From assembly GCA_943354045.1 (NCBI GenBank), contig CALRBF010000002.1:60726-124725 (forward strand): 64,000 nt of DNA, read 5' to 3'. The notes under the pieces are model-generated. The model was not told the origin of the DNA and did no database searches. It worked only from the letters and a program-made list of their open reading frames with translations. The position numbers and the translations under genes are program-made. Shown here piece after piece: positions 49,117 to 59,760 of the stretch (positions are counted from its first letter, which is position 1; every line of letters starts with the position of its first letter). Source of the DNA: Parcubacteria group bacterium (GTDB taxonomy: Bacteria > Patescibacteriota > Minisyncoccia > SW-4-49-11).

Positions 49117-49136
49117 ATATAGTAATTGTTTATAGA

Positions 49137-49468
49137 ATTATCCAAGAAGAATATAAGCTGGATTCTGTTAACTATAATTGCAAGCAAATATAGTTAGGCA
49201 ATCATTTATCTTGATATACTGTTACCAGTATATTCTTGGCGGCACTCTTTTCAATACAGAAAAGCACGGCCTTGCACCTGATAGGGTTTATCTCTTTTCA
49301 CCTTAGATGAGATATACTCAAATGTCTTGTTTCTGCGATACTATCCCGATTGAGCAAGCTCAATGATGGGTGTTACCCATTATCATTTATTACAAAGTAA
49401 TAGGTGTCCAGACTTTCCTCACTCACCATATTATGGATATGCGCGATTACCATTCTCCTTGGATACTC
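49137..49468 (-). ncRNA. rnpB: RNase P RNA (bacterial, reduced-size), ~330 nt
   Basis: Minus-strand sequence contains the P4 5' strand GUGAGGAAAGUCUGGAC (consensus GAGGAAAGUCCGGGCUC) and the P4 3' strand AACAGAAUCCAGCUUAU (consensus ACAGAAnCCGGCUUA). It also contains GGUGAAA and GGUGCAAGGCCGUGC elements. P1/P2 closes with 5' UAUCCAAGGAGAAU pairing 3' AUUCUUCUUGGAUA. Confidence 0.75.
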
Positions 49469-49507
49469 TTTATTATAAGGTTTTTTGACAAAAGAGCAAC
49501 TCTATTC

Positions 49508-51337
49508 TTACTTACTAGAAGCAATATCAATAATATGAAGTTGTAATTCTCGATTACCACCCCATTCATTGATTTCTAGACGGAATACAAGATCAATAAT
49601 ATCATTGCGATGTAATTGATCCAGAACATAAGCAAAATTAAATCCAATAGCAGAAATAGTTAGTGGTCTCCCTGACTGAGCCTCTGATATTAATTGTAAT
49701 TTGATATGATTTTGTTCTTTTCCAAGTGGTTTAATATCAGTAATTCTTAATTGGCGTGCCAAAAATATAGGATTTGGATTTTGCATTCCAAATGGAGCTA
49801 ATTTATAAAAAGTATCATACAAATCCCAATCTATAGCTTCAGCAGATAATTCTATATCTATTTTTTTATAAGGAGATAAGGTATTAACATCAACTTGTGC
49901 ACGAATTTGACTTCTTAATGAGTCTTTTACCGCATCAGTTTGATGTGTATCAAAGGATAATCCTGCTGCCTGGCTATGTCCTCCTCCTGAAATAATAATA
50001 TCTTGCATATTTTGTATCGCCTCTGCAATATTGAATTCCGGAATACTCCTGACTGAAGCCACATTATGATGAGATTGTTCTTGATACAAAATTACTGGCC
50101 TATAATATTTTTCCACTAATCTTGAAGCGACTATACCTAATACTCCAATTGACCAATTTTTATCTCCTTCAAAAATAACTGATAATTGTGAAATATCCTC
50201 ATATTGAGCTAATTTTGCTTCTACTTCTTTTAATACCGTATCAGTCAGGCTTTTTCTATGATCATTGAGCTTTTGTAATTCTTGAGCTAATTGTTCTGCC
50301 TCATCTTTGTCTTGAGTAGTAAAAAGTTTAAAGGCTTGATTGGCATGAGCAATTCTTCCAGCTGCATTAATACGAGGAGCTATTTGGAATCCTACAGAAT
50401 AAACACTAATATTCGCTGACTCCACTCCATCAATTTCATCAACTTCCGCAATAATACCAGTTTCTTCAATCAAGGCCTGTAGACCTATATTTCGGGTCTT
50501 AGCGAGCACATATAAACCATATCTTGCCAAAATTCTATTCTCTCCCACAAGTGGCACCATATCTGCAATAGTTCCAATAGCAGCTAAATCTAATAGCCAT
50601 TTTTCATACCCTATGGGAATACCATCATACCCTATTTTAGTTCTAGCTTCACTCAAAAGTGCAGTAATAACCTTAAAGGCTAGTCCTGCTCCACATAAAT
50701 CTTTAAAGGGATAAGGGTCTCCTTTTCGCTTTGGAACAATAATTCCAAATGCTGGGGGCATTTCTTCTGGTACGGAGTGATGGTCTATGACGATAACATC
50801 AATTCCTGATTCTTGTATGATTTCAATTTCTTTAGCGCTTCTCACTCCACAATCAACAGTGATTACTATATTAGGTTTTTGAGACAAAATATAAGCAACT
50901 CCTTCATCTTTTAGTCCATATCCTTCTTTATGCCTATCCGGAATATACACTTGAACATAGGTATCAAATTCTGTAGTATCTGTATCTCCTAATTGAAATT
51001 TACTTTTTTGATTCAAAGCAAAGTATACAGTCTTAAGTCCCTGATATAGAATAGTACTCCCTGTCACTCCATCGGCATCATAATCTCCAAAAATAATAAT
51101 TTTTTCTTTTTTTTGTAAAGCCTCAATAATTTTATTTATGCTTTTTTGCATATCTAATATTAAAAATGGGTTCAATAAATCTTGATAATCAGCATTGATA
51201 AAATTATCAATATCCTTAGTATCCTGAATATCTCTATTCCATAATAATTGTAAAATAATAGGATTTAATTCGGGATAACTATTAATAATATCCTTTGTAA
51301 TAGCTGGCTGTATATGCCATTGATATTTTGATTTCAT
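49508..51337 (-). CDS. recJ: Single-stranded-DNA-specific exonuclease RecJ
   Basis: DHH motifs (IIFGDYDADGVTGSTIL, DHH at VIDHHS) and DHHA1 with GGGHSQAAG. Confidence 0.9.
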   Translation of the reverse strand: MKSKYQWHIQPAITKDIINSYPELNPIILQLLWNRDIQDTKDIDNFINADYQDLLNPFLILDMQKSINKIIEALQKKEKIIIFGDYDADGVTGSTILYQGLKTVYFALNQKSKFQLGDTDTTEFDTYVQVYIPDRHKEGYGLKDEGVAYILSQKPNIVITVDCGVRSAKEIEIIQESGIDVIVIDHHSVPEEMPPAFGIIVPKRKGDPYPFKDLCGAGLAFKVITALLSEARTKIGYDGIPIGYEKWLLDLAAIGTIADMVPLVGENRILARYGLYVLAKTRNIGLQALIEETGIIAEVDEIDGVESANISVYSVGFQIAPRINAAGRIAHANQAFKLFTTQDKDEAEQLAQELQKLNDHRKSLTDTVLKEVEAKLAQYEDISQLSVIFEGDKNWSIGVLGIVASRLVEKYYRPVILYQEQSHHNVASVRSIPEFNIAEAIQNMQDIIISGGGHSQAAGLSFDTHQTDAVKDSLRSQIRAQVDVNTLSPYKKIDIELSAEAIDWDLYDTFYKLAPFGMQNPNPIFLARQLRITDIKPLGKEQNHIKLQLISEAQSGRPLTISAIGFNFAYVLDQLHRNDIIDLVFRLEINEWGGNRELQLHIIDIASSK

Positions 51338-51344
51338 ATAATAA

Positions 51345-52319
51345 CTATAATTCTGGATGTTTACAATTCAATTCGATACTGAATGTATATGGTTTTGATG
51401 TTTGTTGCAAGGTAATGGTAATGGCAGTTGTATCTATATCCTGACATTCTACACAGTCTGCCCCAAAAAATGATTCGATAAACTCTGTATAATCGGGAGA
51501 ATTTTTACTAATAATTAGATTATAACTTTTATCCTTTACCTCTAAAATATCTTGAATTTGACTTACAATATCATTAGGCGTAGTTTGCCCGCTTATAATA
51601 AAATGTTTAACCCCAAGATTTGCAGCATTTTTAATATCCTCTGACCGCCCTAAATGGCTGAATAATACTAGTGGTATACGCTTATATTTTTCCTCTTGCT
51701 GTAAAGATTGGAATAACTCAAACCCAGTCATATTTGGCATTTGAATTCCTGAGAATATCAAATCATATACATTTTGTTTGATTTTAGTTAATGCATCAGC
51801 TCCATCCACTGCAGAGTCCACAATAAAATTGGATTCCACCTGAAAGCGGTCAACATATGTTGCACGTATAATTGGATCATCTTCTACAACTAGTATATGT
51901 GCTCTTGTGATATGACTTATTTTTGACTCTTTACTTTCTATTAAAATATCTCGGATTTTTTGTGTTATATCATTGGGAGTAGAGTGTGATCTCATAATAA
52001 AATATTGTATACCTAAATTATGAGCTGTTTCAATATCTTCTTGCCTTCCCAAATGACTAAATATCACAAATGGTATTGTTATCCATTCTGCATTATTTTG
52101 TAATTTTTGGAATAACTCAAACCCAGTCATATTTGGCATTTGAATTCCCGAAAAGATTAAATCATACTTATTAGTTTTTATTTTATTCAATCCATCAGCT
52201 CCATCTACCGCAGTATCAACAGAAAAATTAGATTCTTGAGATAATCTATCCGAATAAATACTTCGGATTAATTTATCATCTTCAATAATGAGAATTTTAT
52301 ATATATTCTTTTCTATCAT
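51345..52319 (-). CDS. Tandem receiver (REC) domain protein without output domain; both phospho-acceptor Asp positions substituted (pseudo-receiver)
   Basis: Two CheY-like domains: KILIIEDD.../HILVVEDD... Each has YDLIFSGIQMPNMTGFELF where the canonical DLILLD(I/L)xMP acceptor Asp is Gly. The conserved Lys position reads R (FIMRS) in domain 1. Confidence 0.7.
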   Translation of the reverse strand: MIEKNIYKILIIEDDKLIRSIYSDRLSQESNFSVDTAVDGADGLNKIKTNKYDLIFSGIQMPNMTGFELFQKLQNNAEWITIPFVIFSHLGRQEDIETAHNLGIQYFIMRSHSTPNDITQKIRDILIESKESKISHITRAHILVVEDDPIIRATYVDRFQVESNFIVDSAVDGADALTKIKQNVYDLIFSGIQMPNMTGFELFQSLQQEEKYKRIPLVLFSHLGRSEDIKNAANLGVKHFIISGQTTPNDIVSQIQDILEVKDKSYNLIISKNSPDYTEFIESFFGADCVECQDIDTTAITITLQQTSKPYTFSIELNCKHPEL

Positions 52320-52330
52320 AATAATATGAA

Positions 52331-53572
52331 TTAATAGGATATCTCTAATAGTCGATTATATTTACTTACTCGCTCAGCTCTAGCTGGAGCTCCAGACTTC
52401 ATATATGCTGAGCGGCTCGCTACAGCTAAATCCGAGATAAAGGTATCGATGGTTTCACCACTACGATGTGATATCATGGTAGTAAATTGATTTTGATGGG
52501 CTAATTGAATAGCATCAATTACTTCAGTTAAAGTTCCAATTTGATTAGGCTTAATCAAAACAGAATTACATAACTGTTTATCAATGGCTTCTTGAATACG
52601 TCGTGTATTAGTAACTAACAAATCATCACCTACTAATCGAATTCCTGGAGTAATAGTTTGCTGGAATACTTGCCAAGCGGTATAATCATCTTCTGCAAAA
52701 GGATCCTCCAGGGAAATAATCGGATATTGTTGTATCCAATTCTGATAAATACCTGAGAGCTCTGAAGCAGTATACTGTTGTTTATCAAGAGTATAGAGAT
52801 TGGTTTCAACCGAGAAAAGCTCAGTAGCAGCAGCATCAAGAGCAATACTACAATCTTCTCCTGGAATATATCCAGCTTCTGTAATAGCTTGCACCAATAA
52901 TTTCAAGCCCTCTTCATTATTTTGTAAATGAGGAGCAAATCCTCCCTCATCACCAACAGCCGTCACTTGTCCTTGTTTTGCTAAAATCTTTTTTAGAGTA
53001 TGATAAATTTCAGAAGCAAGACGAATATTCTCGGCTATGGAATCTTTTTGAGGCATTATCATATATTCTTGTATATCTAGACCAGAATCTGCATGCTTAC
53101 CCCCATTTAATACATTAAATCCAATTTGAGGAAATACCTTATCTATACCCGTGTCATTACCGTATAATTCTCGAATATATTGATATAATTGTTTTTTTTG
53201 TGAAATAGCAGTAGCACGAGCAAGAGCTAAAGACACTGCCAATATAGCATTTGCTCCAAGTCTTGCTTTATTTGGAGTTCCATCTAATGCTATTAAGATA
53301 TTATCTAATTCTCTTTGTTTCGCACTATCTTTACCGATGAGAGCAGCTGCAATTTCTGTATTAATATTATGTACTGCTTGTAATACTCCCTGACCATGAT
53401 AACGCTTTTCATCTTTATCTCTCAGTTCAACAGCTTCATGAGCTCCAGTAGAAGCTCCCGAGGGAACATAGGCTCTTGCTTGTGTTCCATCCTCTAATTC
53501 TACCAAACTAGCAGTAGTAGGATTTCCTCTCGAATCTAATATTTCATAGCCAAAAACATTCTTGATTATCAT
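52331..53572 (-). CDS. eno: Enolase
   Basis: SGASTGAHEAVELRD, metal-binding region ALDAAATEL, catalytic SHRSGETID. Confidence 0.95.
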   Translation of the reverse strand: MIIKNVFGYEILDSRGNPTTASLVELEDGTQARAYVPSGASTGAHEAVELRDKDEKRYHGQGVLQAVHNINTEIAAALIGKDSAKQRELDNILIALDGTPNKARLGANAILAVSLALARATAISQKKQLYQYIRELYGNDTGIDKVFPQIGFNVLNGGKHADSGLDIQEYMIMPQKDSIAENIRLASEIYHTLKKILAKQGQVTAVGDEGGFAPHLQNNEEGLKLLVQAITEAGYIPGEDCSIALDAAATELFSVETNLYTLDKQQYTASELSGIYQNWIQQYPIISLEDPFAEDDYTAWQVFQQTITPGIRLVGDDLLVTNTRRIQEAIDKQLCNSVLIKPNQIGTLTEVIDAIQLAHQNQFTTMISHRSGETIDTFISDLAVASRSAYMKSGAPARAERVSKYNRLLEISY

Positions 53573-53577
53573 AGTAT

Positions 53578-54207
53578 TTATTGTTTATACACAATTTTTT
53601 GTGTTATTTTTAGTGGTTTATTATCTTTTGAAACTTGTAATTCTAATCGATTCTCTCCATCTCTTAGAGATAAGACTATTTCAAACTTTCCATCTTCTTT
53701 GAGTATAACCTTTTGTCCATTCAAAGTCAATTGTCCTGCTCTTGATATATTTCCTGTCAAAGTATATTGGCTAGTTTGATTAATTTCATAAGTATCTTTA
53801 TTATTGAGTGTTAATACAGGTGTATACCCTAATTGATATACTTGTACACCTAGATATATTGTAATAATCAATCCTATAGTAATACCTATGGACATTCGCA
53901 TCATAGTATGACTAATAATGAGTTTAGGCTTTGTTTTTTGTTGATCTAATTGATGTATATAACTGTCATATTCTTGATGATATAATTCAATCAGAATATT
54001 ATATTTCAGTCCAAATACATAGCTAAGTCTTTTTATAATAGGAAAAGGTTGATTTAATGAAGTAAATTCATAATAATCCCCCTTTTCAAGAGCAATGAGG
54101 TATTTTTCTTCAACAGATAATTTATCCGCTAATTGTTCTGTGGTCAAATTAGACTTTAGCCTATATTTTGTCAATACATATCCTAATGTAATTTTCTCTT
54201 TACTCAT
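53578..54207 (-). CDS. HTH (XRE-type) membrane protein, RodZ-like
   Basis: N-terminal HTH (LTTEQLADKLSVEEKYLIALEKGDY), single TM, C-terminal beta-rich domain. Start at 54207 (MSKEK) gives an 8-nt overlap with ftsK instead of 68. Confidence 0.55.
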   Translation of the reverse strand: MSKEKITLGYVLTKYRLKSNLTTEQLADKLSVEEKYLIALEKGDYYEFTSLNQPFPIIKRLSYVFGLKYNILIELYHQEYDSYIHQLDQQKTKPKLIISHTMMRMSIGITIGLIITIYLGVQVYQLGYTPVLTLNNKDTYEINQTSQYTLTGNISRAGQLTLNGQKVILKEDGKFEIVLSLRDGENRLELQVSKDNKPLKITQKIVYKQ

Positions 54208-56353
54208 TTTCTTCAATATATCCATCTGTAAATACCTCTCTTGGTTTTGAACCTTCAGCAGGACCAACTATTCCTGCCTCTTCTAATTCATCCAATAGTC
54301 TAGCTGCCCTGGCATATCCAACTTTTAATCTTCTTTGCAATAATGATGCTGAGCCCTTACCTGTCTGTAATACTAAATCTTTTGCTTGCTCAAATAATGC
54401 ATCTGTTCCCTCTCCATAATCCACTCCCCCATCATGATATATTTGCTTTGGAGTATCAGCTTCTGTAATAGCAAGATTATATTCATTTTCCCCCTGACTT
54501 TTGAGCCATTCTACAACTGCTTTCACTTCATGTTCGGGTACAAATGCTCCTTGTATACGCTGTGGTTTCCCAAGATCACCTCCAAGGAATAACATATCCC
54601 CCATTCCTAATAATTTTTCGGCTCCCATCATATCCAAAACTGTTCTTGAATCTATTTGAGAAGCTACTTGAAAACTTACACGAGATGGTAAATTAGCTTT
54701 AATAAGACCCGTGATAACATCCGTAGAAGGTCTTTGTGTAGCAAGAATAAGATGTATTCCTACTGCTCTTGCCATTTGTGCAATACGTACAATAGAACCC
54801 TCAACTTCTTTTTTATGACTACTCATCAAATCAGCAAGCTCATCAATTACCACTACAATAAATGGCATTATTTCATATTCCGGCTCATTTTCATCAATTT
54901 TGAGAGAACCAGAGGCAACTTTTTCATTATAGGTAAAAATATTACGAGAACCAAGACGAGCTAATACTTCATAACGTCTTTCCATTTCTGTTACACACCA
55001 ATTAAGAGCATTCATTGCCTTATCAGGGCTTACAATAGCTGGAGTTAAAAGATGAGGAATACCATTATAAGTGGACAATTCTACTCGTTTTGGATCAATA
55101 AAGATGAATTTGAGTTTAGATGGAGGGTTTTTGTATAACATACTCAATATCATAGCATTCAATCCCATAGATTTACCGGCTCCAGTTGCTCCTGCAATTA
55201 ATAAATGAGGCATTTTTTCTAGCGGAAATACAATAACTTTATTCATCACATCAAGTCCAAGTGCAAGTGGTAAATGGAAATCATTCTCATTAAATTCTTT
55301 TGATTCAAAAATATTTCGAATTCTCACGGTAGCTCTTTTGGCATTTGGAGTCTCTACCCCCACATATGACATCCCTGGAATAGGTGCCTCTATACGAATA
55401 GCCTGAGCTGCCATTGCAAGAGCCAAATCACTTTGTAATGATGTAATACGAGATAATTTAATACCATTAGAAGGTCTCAACATAAATCGAGTCACTGATG
55501 GGCCAACATCTATTTTTCCCATTTCTACCTCAATACCAAATGTGGATAAAGTACTTTTAATAATGTCTGAACTTTTTTTGGTATCTCCACTTTGGGCGAC
55601 ATCATCTGATTTACCTTTTTCTAGTAAATCCACTGTGGGAAGATTGAATTGGCTTTCGGTCATCCATTCTGGAGTTTTAGGAATTACAGCACTTTTATCA
55701 GTAACTTTTTTGGGACTTAATTCATCTTCATCCTCTGAATCTTGATTAAATATTCGAGTGTTTTCTGGCTTTACCTCTGTGGTATCATTAGGATTAATTG
55801 CAATTGTGTTTTCAGTAGTATCAGGAGCAAATATTTCTTTTATCCAATCAAGAATACCATCAAGATGAATAGCTTGATTCATAACAATAATACCCGCCGT
55901 AATAAACCCTGTTATTAAGGCAATAAGACCTCCCCAATAGCCAAATATATATTGTACTCCTATACTTACATAATACCCTATATATCCACCCCCGATACTT
56001 TTTTTTGCCGCGCTTAATGATTCTTTTACATCCTGAAATTGTATTAATTGTATGAGTCCCAATAATAATAATAGACCAATAATTAATACAAATAGTTTAA
56101 AATAATATAATCCCCTATCCTTTGGGCGAGCTAATAATGTAAGACCTATATAAAGTAAGGCAAATGGTAATATAAATTTACCTATACCAAAAAGAAATCC
56201 AATACCCCCATTGAGCCCCCTTCCAAAAATACCAGCCGATGAAAAAAATGATAAGAAACTTAATAAAGCAAATGCAATTAATATAACGCCAACTATAGAT
56301 CTTTTAGCTTCTGATTTGATTTTGGGTTTTGTGGCTGTTTGCTTTTTTGGCAT
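54200..56353 (-). CDS. ftsK: DNA translocase FtsK/SpoIIIE
   Basis: N-terminal TM domain. Walker A IAGATGAGKS, Walker B VVVIDELADL. C-terminal gamma winged-helix (SASLLQRRLKVGYARAARLLDELEE). Confidence 0.9.
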   Translation of the reverse strand: MPKKQTATKPKIKSEAKRSIVGVILIAFALLSFLSFFSSAGIFGRGLNGGIGFLFGIGKFILPFALLYIGLTLLARPKDRGLYYFKLFVLIIGLLLLLGLIQLIQFQDVKESLSAAKKSIGGGYIGYYVSIGVQYIFGYWGGLIALITGFITAGIIVMNQAIHLDGILDWIKEIFAPDTTENTIAINPNDTTEVKPENTRIFNQDSEDEDELSPKKVTDKSAVIPKTPEWMTESQFNLPTVDLLEKGKSDDVAQSGDTKKSSDIIKSTLSTFGIEVEMGKIDVGPSVTRFMLRPSNGIKLSRITSLQSDLALAMAAQAIRIEAPIPGMSYVGVETPNAKRATVRIRNIFESKEFNENDFHLPLALGLDVMNKVIVFPLEKMPHLLIAGATGAGKSMGLNAMILSMLYKNPPSKLKFIFIDPKRVELSTYNGIPHLLTPAIVSPDKAMNALNWCVTEMERRYEVLARLGSRNIFTYNEKVASGSLKIDENEPEYEIMPFIVVVIDELADLMSSHKKEVEGSIVRIAQMARAVGIHLILATQRPSTDVITGLIKANLPSRVSFQVASQIDSRTVLDMMGAEKLLGMGDMLFLGGDLGKPQRIQGAFVPEHEVKAVVEWLKSQGENEYNLAITEADTPKQIYHDGGVDYGEGTDALFEQAKDLVLQTGKGSASLLQRRLKVGYARAARLLDELEEAGIVGPAEGSKPREVFTDGYIEENE

Positions 56354-56354
56354 A

Positions 56355-56732
56355 TTATTGTTTAAATTCTTGTTGTAATTGCTGTATATCTGTTTCCTTG
56401 ATTTGAGATGAAGCCTCTAAATCTCCAGCCTGATTAATAGGGATGAGATGAATATGCACATGACTTACTTCTAATCCTTCTACTTTAATTCCTATTTTTT
56501 TGGCTCCTGTAATCTTTTGTAATCGAGTCGCTATCTTTTTTACATAATCCCATAATTCATGGTAAACTTCACTATCTAAATCAAAAATATAATCTATTTC
56601 TTGATAAGGAATAACCAGTAAATGTCCTAATTGAGCAGGATTATTGCTATGTATTACAAAAAACTTACCATTATCATCAAATATAATTCCTGGAATTTCT
56701 TTATTTCTTATTTTCGTAAATACACTTACCAT
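56355..56732 (-). CDS. HIT-family nucleotide hydrolase
   Basis: Histidine triad HVHIHLIP. PAQLGHLLVIP nucleotide-binding segment. Confidence 0.85.
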   Translation of the reverse strand: MVSVFTKIRNKEIPGIIFDDNGKFFVIHSNNPAQLGHLLVIPYQEIDYIFDLDSEVYHELWDYVKKIATRLQKITGAKKIGIKVEGLEVSHVHIHLIPINQAGDLEASSQIKETDIQQLQQEFKQ

Positions 56733-56782
56733 ATAGCATCTATTGAATAGATATAGTATATCATATTATTTATTACTTACAA

Positions 56783-57880
56783 TTATTTTATATTCATAAT
56801 CAAAGTATATTCACCTTGTTCTCCCTGACGAATAATACCTGATAATTCCATAATGGATAATATTGCCATCAAATCCATAATTTCTTGTGAGGTTTTCTCG
56901 GCTAATACTTCTATCACCATTGGCTCTTGTATCAAATACTGTATTATTACTTGTTGTTCTGGGCTAAATTCAGATAATGCAAAACTCGCTATAATTGCCT
57001 CAATATTAAATATATTCAAAATATCCTGAGTTTCAGTTACCAAATAAGCTCCCTGCTTAATAAGGGCATTTGTTCCTTCACTATTTTTCACATCAATATT
57101 ACCTGGTATAGCAAAAACATCTCTATTTTGCTCAAGAGCATATTGCACCGTTGTCATAGTACCACTTTTAATCGGAGCTTCTATTACTAATATTCCACGA
57201 GCGAGTCCACTCACAATACGATTGCGTAATATAAAATTCTCACGCCTTGGTTTACTCAAAGGAGGAAATTCACTAATCAAAGCACCTCCCCCAGCAATAA
57301 TAGCTTGAGCAAGTCTCTGATTTGATTGTGGATAAAGAGCCCTAGCGGATATACCTCCTCCCAATACCGCTATTGTTTTACTTTTACCATCAAGGCAGCC
57401 CCTATGAGCAATACTATCAATACCAAGGGCAAGTCCACTAATAATTGGGAGCCCCAGCTCCGACAATTCTTTACTCATTTTCTCTGCGATATGAGCTCCA
57501 TAATTGGTATATTTGCGAGTACCCACAATAGCAAGAGCATTATCTATACCTGTAATATCTCCCTTTATATATAATACTATTGGGGGTACAGCAATTTGAG
57601 ATAATCTCTCAGGGTAATCAGCATCTCCAAAAGCAATTACATGTATTCCTTCTGATTGTAAATATTTCTCTTCTTGTATAAGAAAATTATCTTTATCTAA
57701 TGATTCAAACTCAGTATACCAATCAAATTTTGTTCTTGGGGAAAAAATTTTCTTAAAATCTTCTAAGACACCTTCCCTCCATAATTTTTCTGCCCCTATC
57801 TTCTGAATAGCAGATAAAGCCTTTGGACCAATTTGAGGAAATGTATTAAAACAATGTAAACTCAAGGCTTTAATATTCAT
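56783..57880 (-). CDS. dprA: DNA processing protein DprA (Smf)
   Basis: Rossmann-fold DprA core (IVGTRKYTNYG, GLALGIDSIAHRG, GTMTTVQYALEQNRDVFAIPG). Confidence 0.85.
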   Translation of the reverse strand: MNIKALSLHCFNTFPQIGPKALSAIQKIGAEKLWREGVLEDFKKIFSPRTKFDWYTEFESLDKDNFLIQEEKYLQSEGIHVIAFGDADYPERLSQIAVPPIVLYIKGDITGIDNALAIVGTRKYTNYGAHIAEKMSKELSELGLPIISGLALGIDSIAHRGCLDGKSKTIAVLGGGISARALYPQSNQRLAQAIIAGGGALISEFPPLSKPRRENFILRNRIVSGLARGILVIEAPIKSGTMTTVQYALEQNRDVFAIPGNIDVKNSEGTNALIKQGAYLVTETQDILNIFNIEAIIASFALSEFSPEQQVIIQYLIQEPMVIEVLAEKTSQEIMDLMAILSIMELSGIIRQGEQGEYTLIMNIK

Positions 57881-57946
57881 ATTTTATTTTAGAATTGATA
57901 TTGATTATAATATATTGTATACTATTGCAACATATTATATCTCTAT

Positions 57947-58927
57947 ATGAATCATATCCTAAAGTCACAAGTACGGCAAGCGGTATCCATTATTAAAAAC
58001 GGGGGTATTATAGCTTTTCCTACTGAAACTGTATATGGACTTGGTGCTAATGTATTTGATAAAAAAGCAATACAAAAAATATTTGATGCTAAGAATCGTC
58101 CAGCAGATAATCCTCTCATTGTACATATTAGTTCACTTGAAATGCTCAATCAACTTGTTACGTATATTTCTCCAAAGAATAAAAAACTCATTGATGCTTT
58201 TTGGCCTGGGCCTTTGGGGATTGTATTTCCTAAATCTGAATTTGTACCTGATATTGTAACGGCTGGACTAGATACTGTTGTGATACGATTTCCCGATCAT
58301 CCCATTGCTCAATATTTTATATCTGAATGCAATATTCCTATTGCTGCCCCATCAGTCAATCCTTCAGGAAAACCAAGCTCAACTCATCACAATCATATTA
58401 TTGATTATTTTGGTAAAAATGTATTTGTCATTGAAGGAGATTTTAGTACTATTGGATTAGAATCTAGCGTTATTACTACTATTAATAAACCAACTATATT
58501 AAGGCAAGGTACCATATCTCAAGCTGATATACAAAATATATTAAAAGTACCGATATATATTGCTGAAAAAAACACATCTACCGTACAATCTCCTGGGATG
58601 AAATATAAACATTATGCCCCTAATGCTCCTATAAAACTAATCCCCCTTGAAGAAAATATTATATCTATAATTCAGGATTATATCAAAGACGAATATCGTA
58701 TTGGGGCACTTGTATCTTCTGAAAATTATACACAGCTTCCCCCTAATAGTATTGGATTTAATCTTGGTAGCCAAAATGATTATGCGGAGATATCTGCTCA
58801 TTTGTATGATGGATTGCATTTCTTTGATTCTCAAAATATCGATATTATTATTGCTGAGAGTTTTCAACCAATTGGAATAGGTGTTGCTATTATGGATAGG
58901 CTTTCAAGAGCCGCCTCCACTCATTAA
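57947..58927 (+). CDS. tsaC: L-threonylcarbamoyladenylate synthase, Sua5-type (YrdC domain + Sua5 C-terminal domain)
   Basis: IIAFPTETVYGLGAN, KNRPADNPLIVHI, SVNPSGKPS. About 120-aa Sua5 C-terminal extension. Confidence 0.9.
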   Translation: MNHILKSQVRQAVSIIKNGGIIAFPTETVYGLGANVFDKKAIQKIFDAKNRPADNPLIVHISSLEMLNQLVTYISPKNKKLIDAFWPGPLGIVFPKSEFVPDIVTAGLDTVVIRFPDHPIAQYFISECNIPIAAPSVNPSGKPSSTHHNHIIDYFGKNVFVIEGDFSTIGLESSVITTINKPTILRQGTISQADIQNILKVPIYIAEKNTSTVQSPGMKYKHYAPNAPIKLIPLEENIISIIQDYIKDEYRIGALVSSENYTQLPPNSIGFNLGSQNDYAEISAHLYDGLHFFDSQNIDIIIAESFQPIGIGVAIMDRLSRAASTH

Positions 58928-58972
58928 TAACAATATGATATAATAGTTTTATACTAAGATTAAATATATAAT

Positions 58973-59752
58973 ATGCTTCAAAAAATACCATTACCGCGAA
59001 GATGGAGTTTATTATTAAAAACATTACCCTTTATCTTTATCATTATTATCCTTAAGTATATTATTAATATATTAGGATATGAGTTTTTACAATTTAGTCC
59101 CTTTTTTACCGCTATTATATCAGCTAATATTTTTTTGATTAGTTTTTTAATTTCTGGAGTATTAGCAGATTATAAAGAAAGTGAAAAAATTCCTGCTGAT
59201 ATAGCTTCCTCCATAATTTCATTGGCTGATGAAGGAATGATTCTATTAAAAGGAGAGTATGCCGAGCAAGGAAAGGATTATATCAAGCATATACAAAAAT
59301 TAAATAAAACTTATATTGATTGGTTTCATCAGAAAACTACTACATTATATGTCATTTCTCAATTAAAAGATCTCAATATTTATTTTGAATTATTTCAATC
59401 TCATATACCCGCCCCCTTTTTGTCTCGATTAAAACAAGAGCAAAACATATTGCGTAAATATATCAATCGTGTCGATACAATTAGAGAAACATCTTTTTTA
59501 GGGACAGGATATGCTATCGTAGAAACAATTAGCTTTATACTTATTATTACTATGCTATTTATTCGTTTTGATATCATTTATGAAGGTGTTTTCTTTAATG
59601 CATTTGTAAGTTTAATATTGATTTATATGATATTTTTTATTAAAGATTTAGACAATCCTTTCGGATATGCTCAAGATGATATATTAACTGAAGAAGTATC
59701 TTTAAAACCTCTATTAGAAAATAATACTATATTAAAAACATATATATCCTAA
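58973..59752 (+). CDS. Bestrophin/UPF0187-like (or DUF4239-like) membrane protein
   Basis: Four TM helices and C-terminal IKDLDNPFGYAQDDILTEEVSLKPL, which resembles the bestrophin-family (I/L)ENPFG motif. Confidence 0.4.
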   Translation: MLQKIPLPRRWSLLLKTLPFIFIIIILKYIINILGYEFLQFSPFFTAIISANIFLISFLISGVLADYKESEKIPADIASSIISLADEGMILLKGEYAEQGKDYIKHIQKLNKTYIDWFHQKTTTLYVISQLKDLNIYFELFQSHIPAPFLSRLKQEQNILRKYINRVDTIRETSFLGTGYAIVETISFILIITMLFIRFDIIYEGVFFNAFVSLILIYMIFFIKDLDNPFGYAQDDILTEEVSLKPLLENNTILKTYIS

Positions 59753-59760
59753 TATATATG

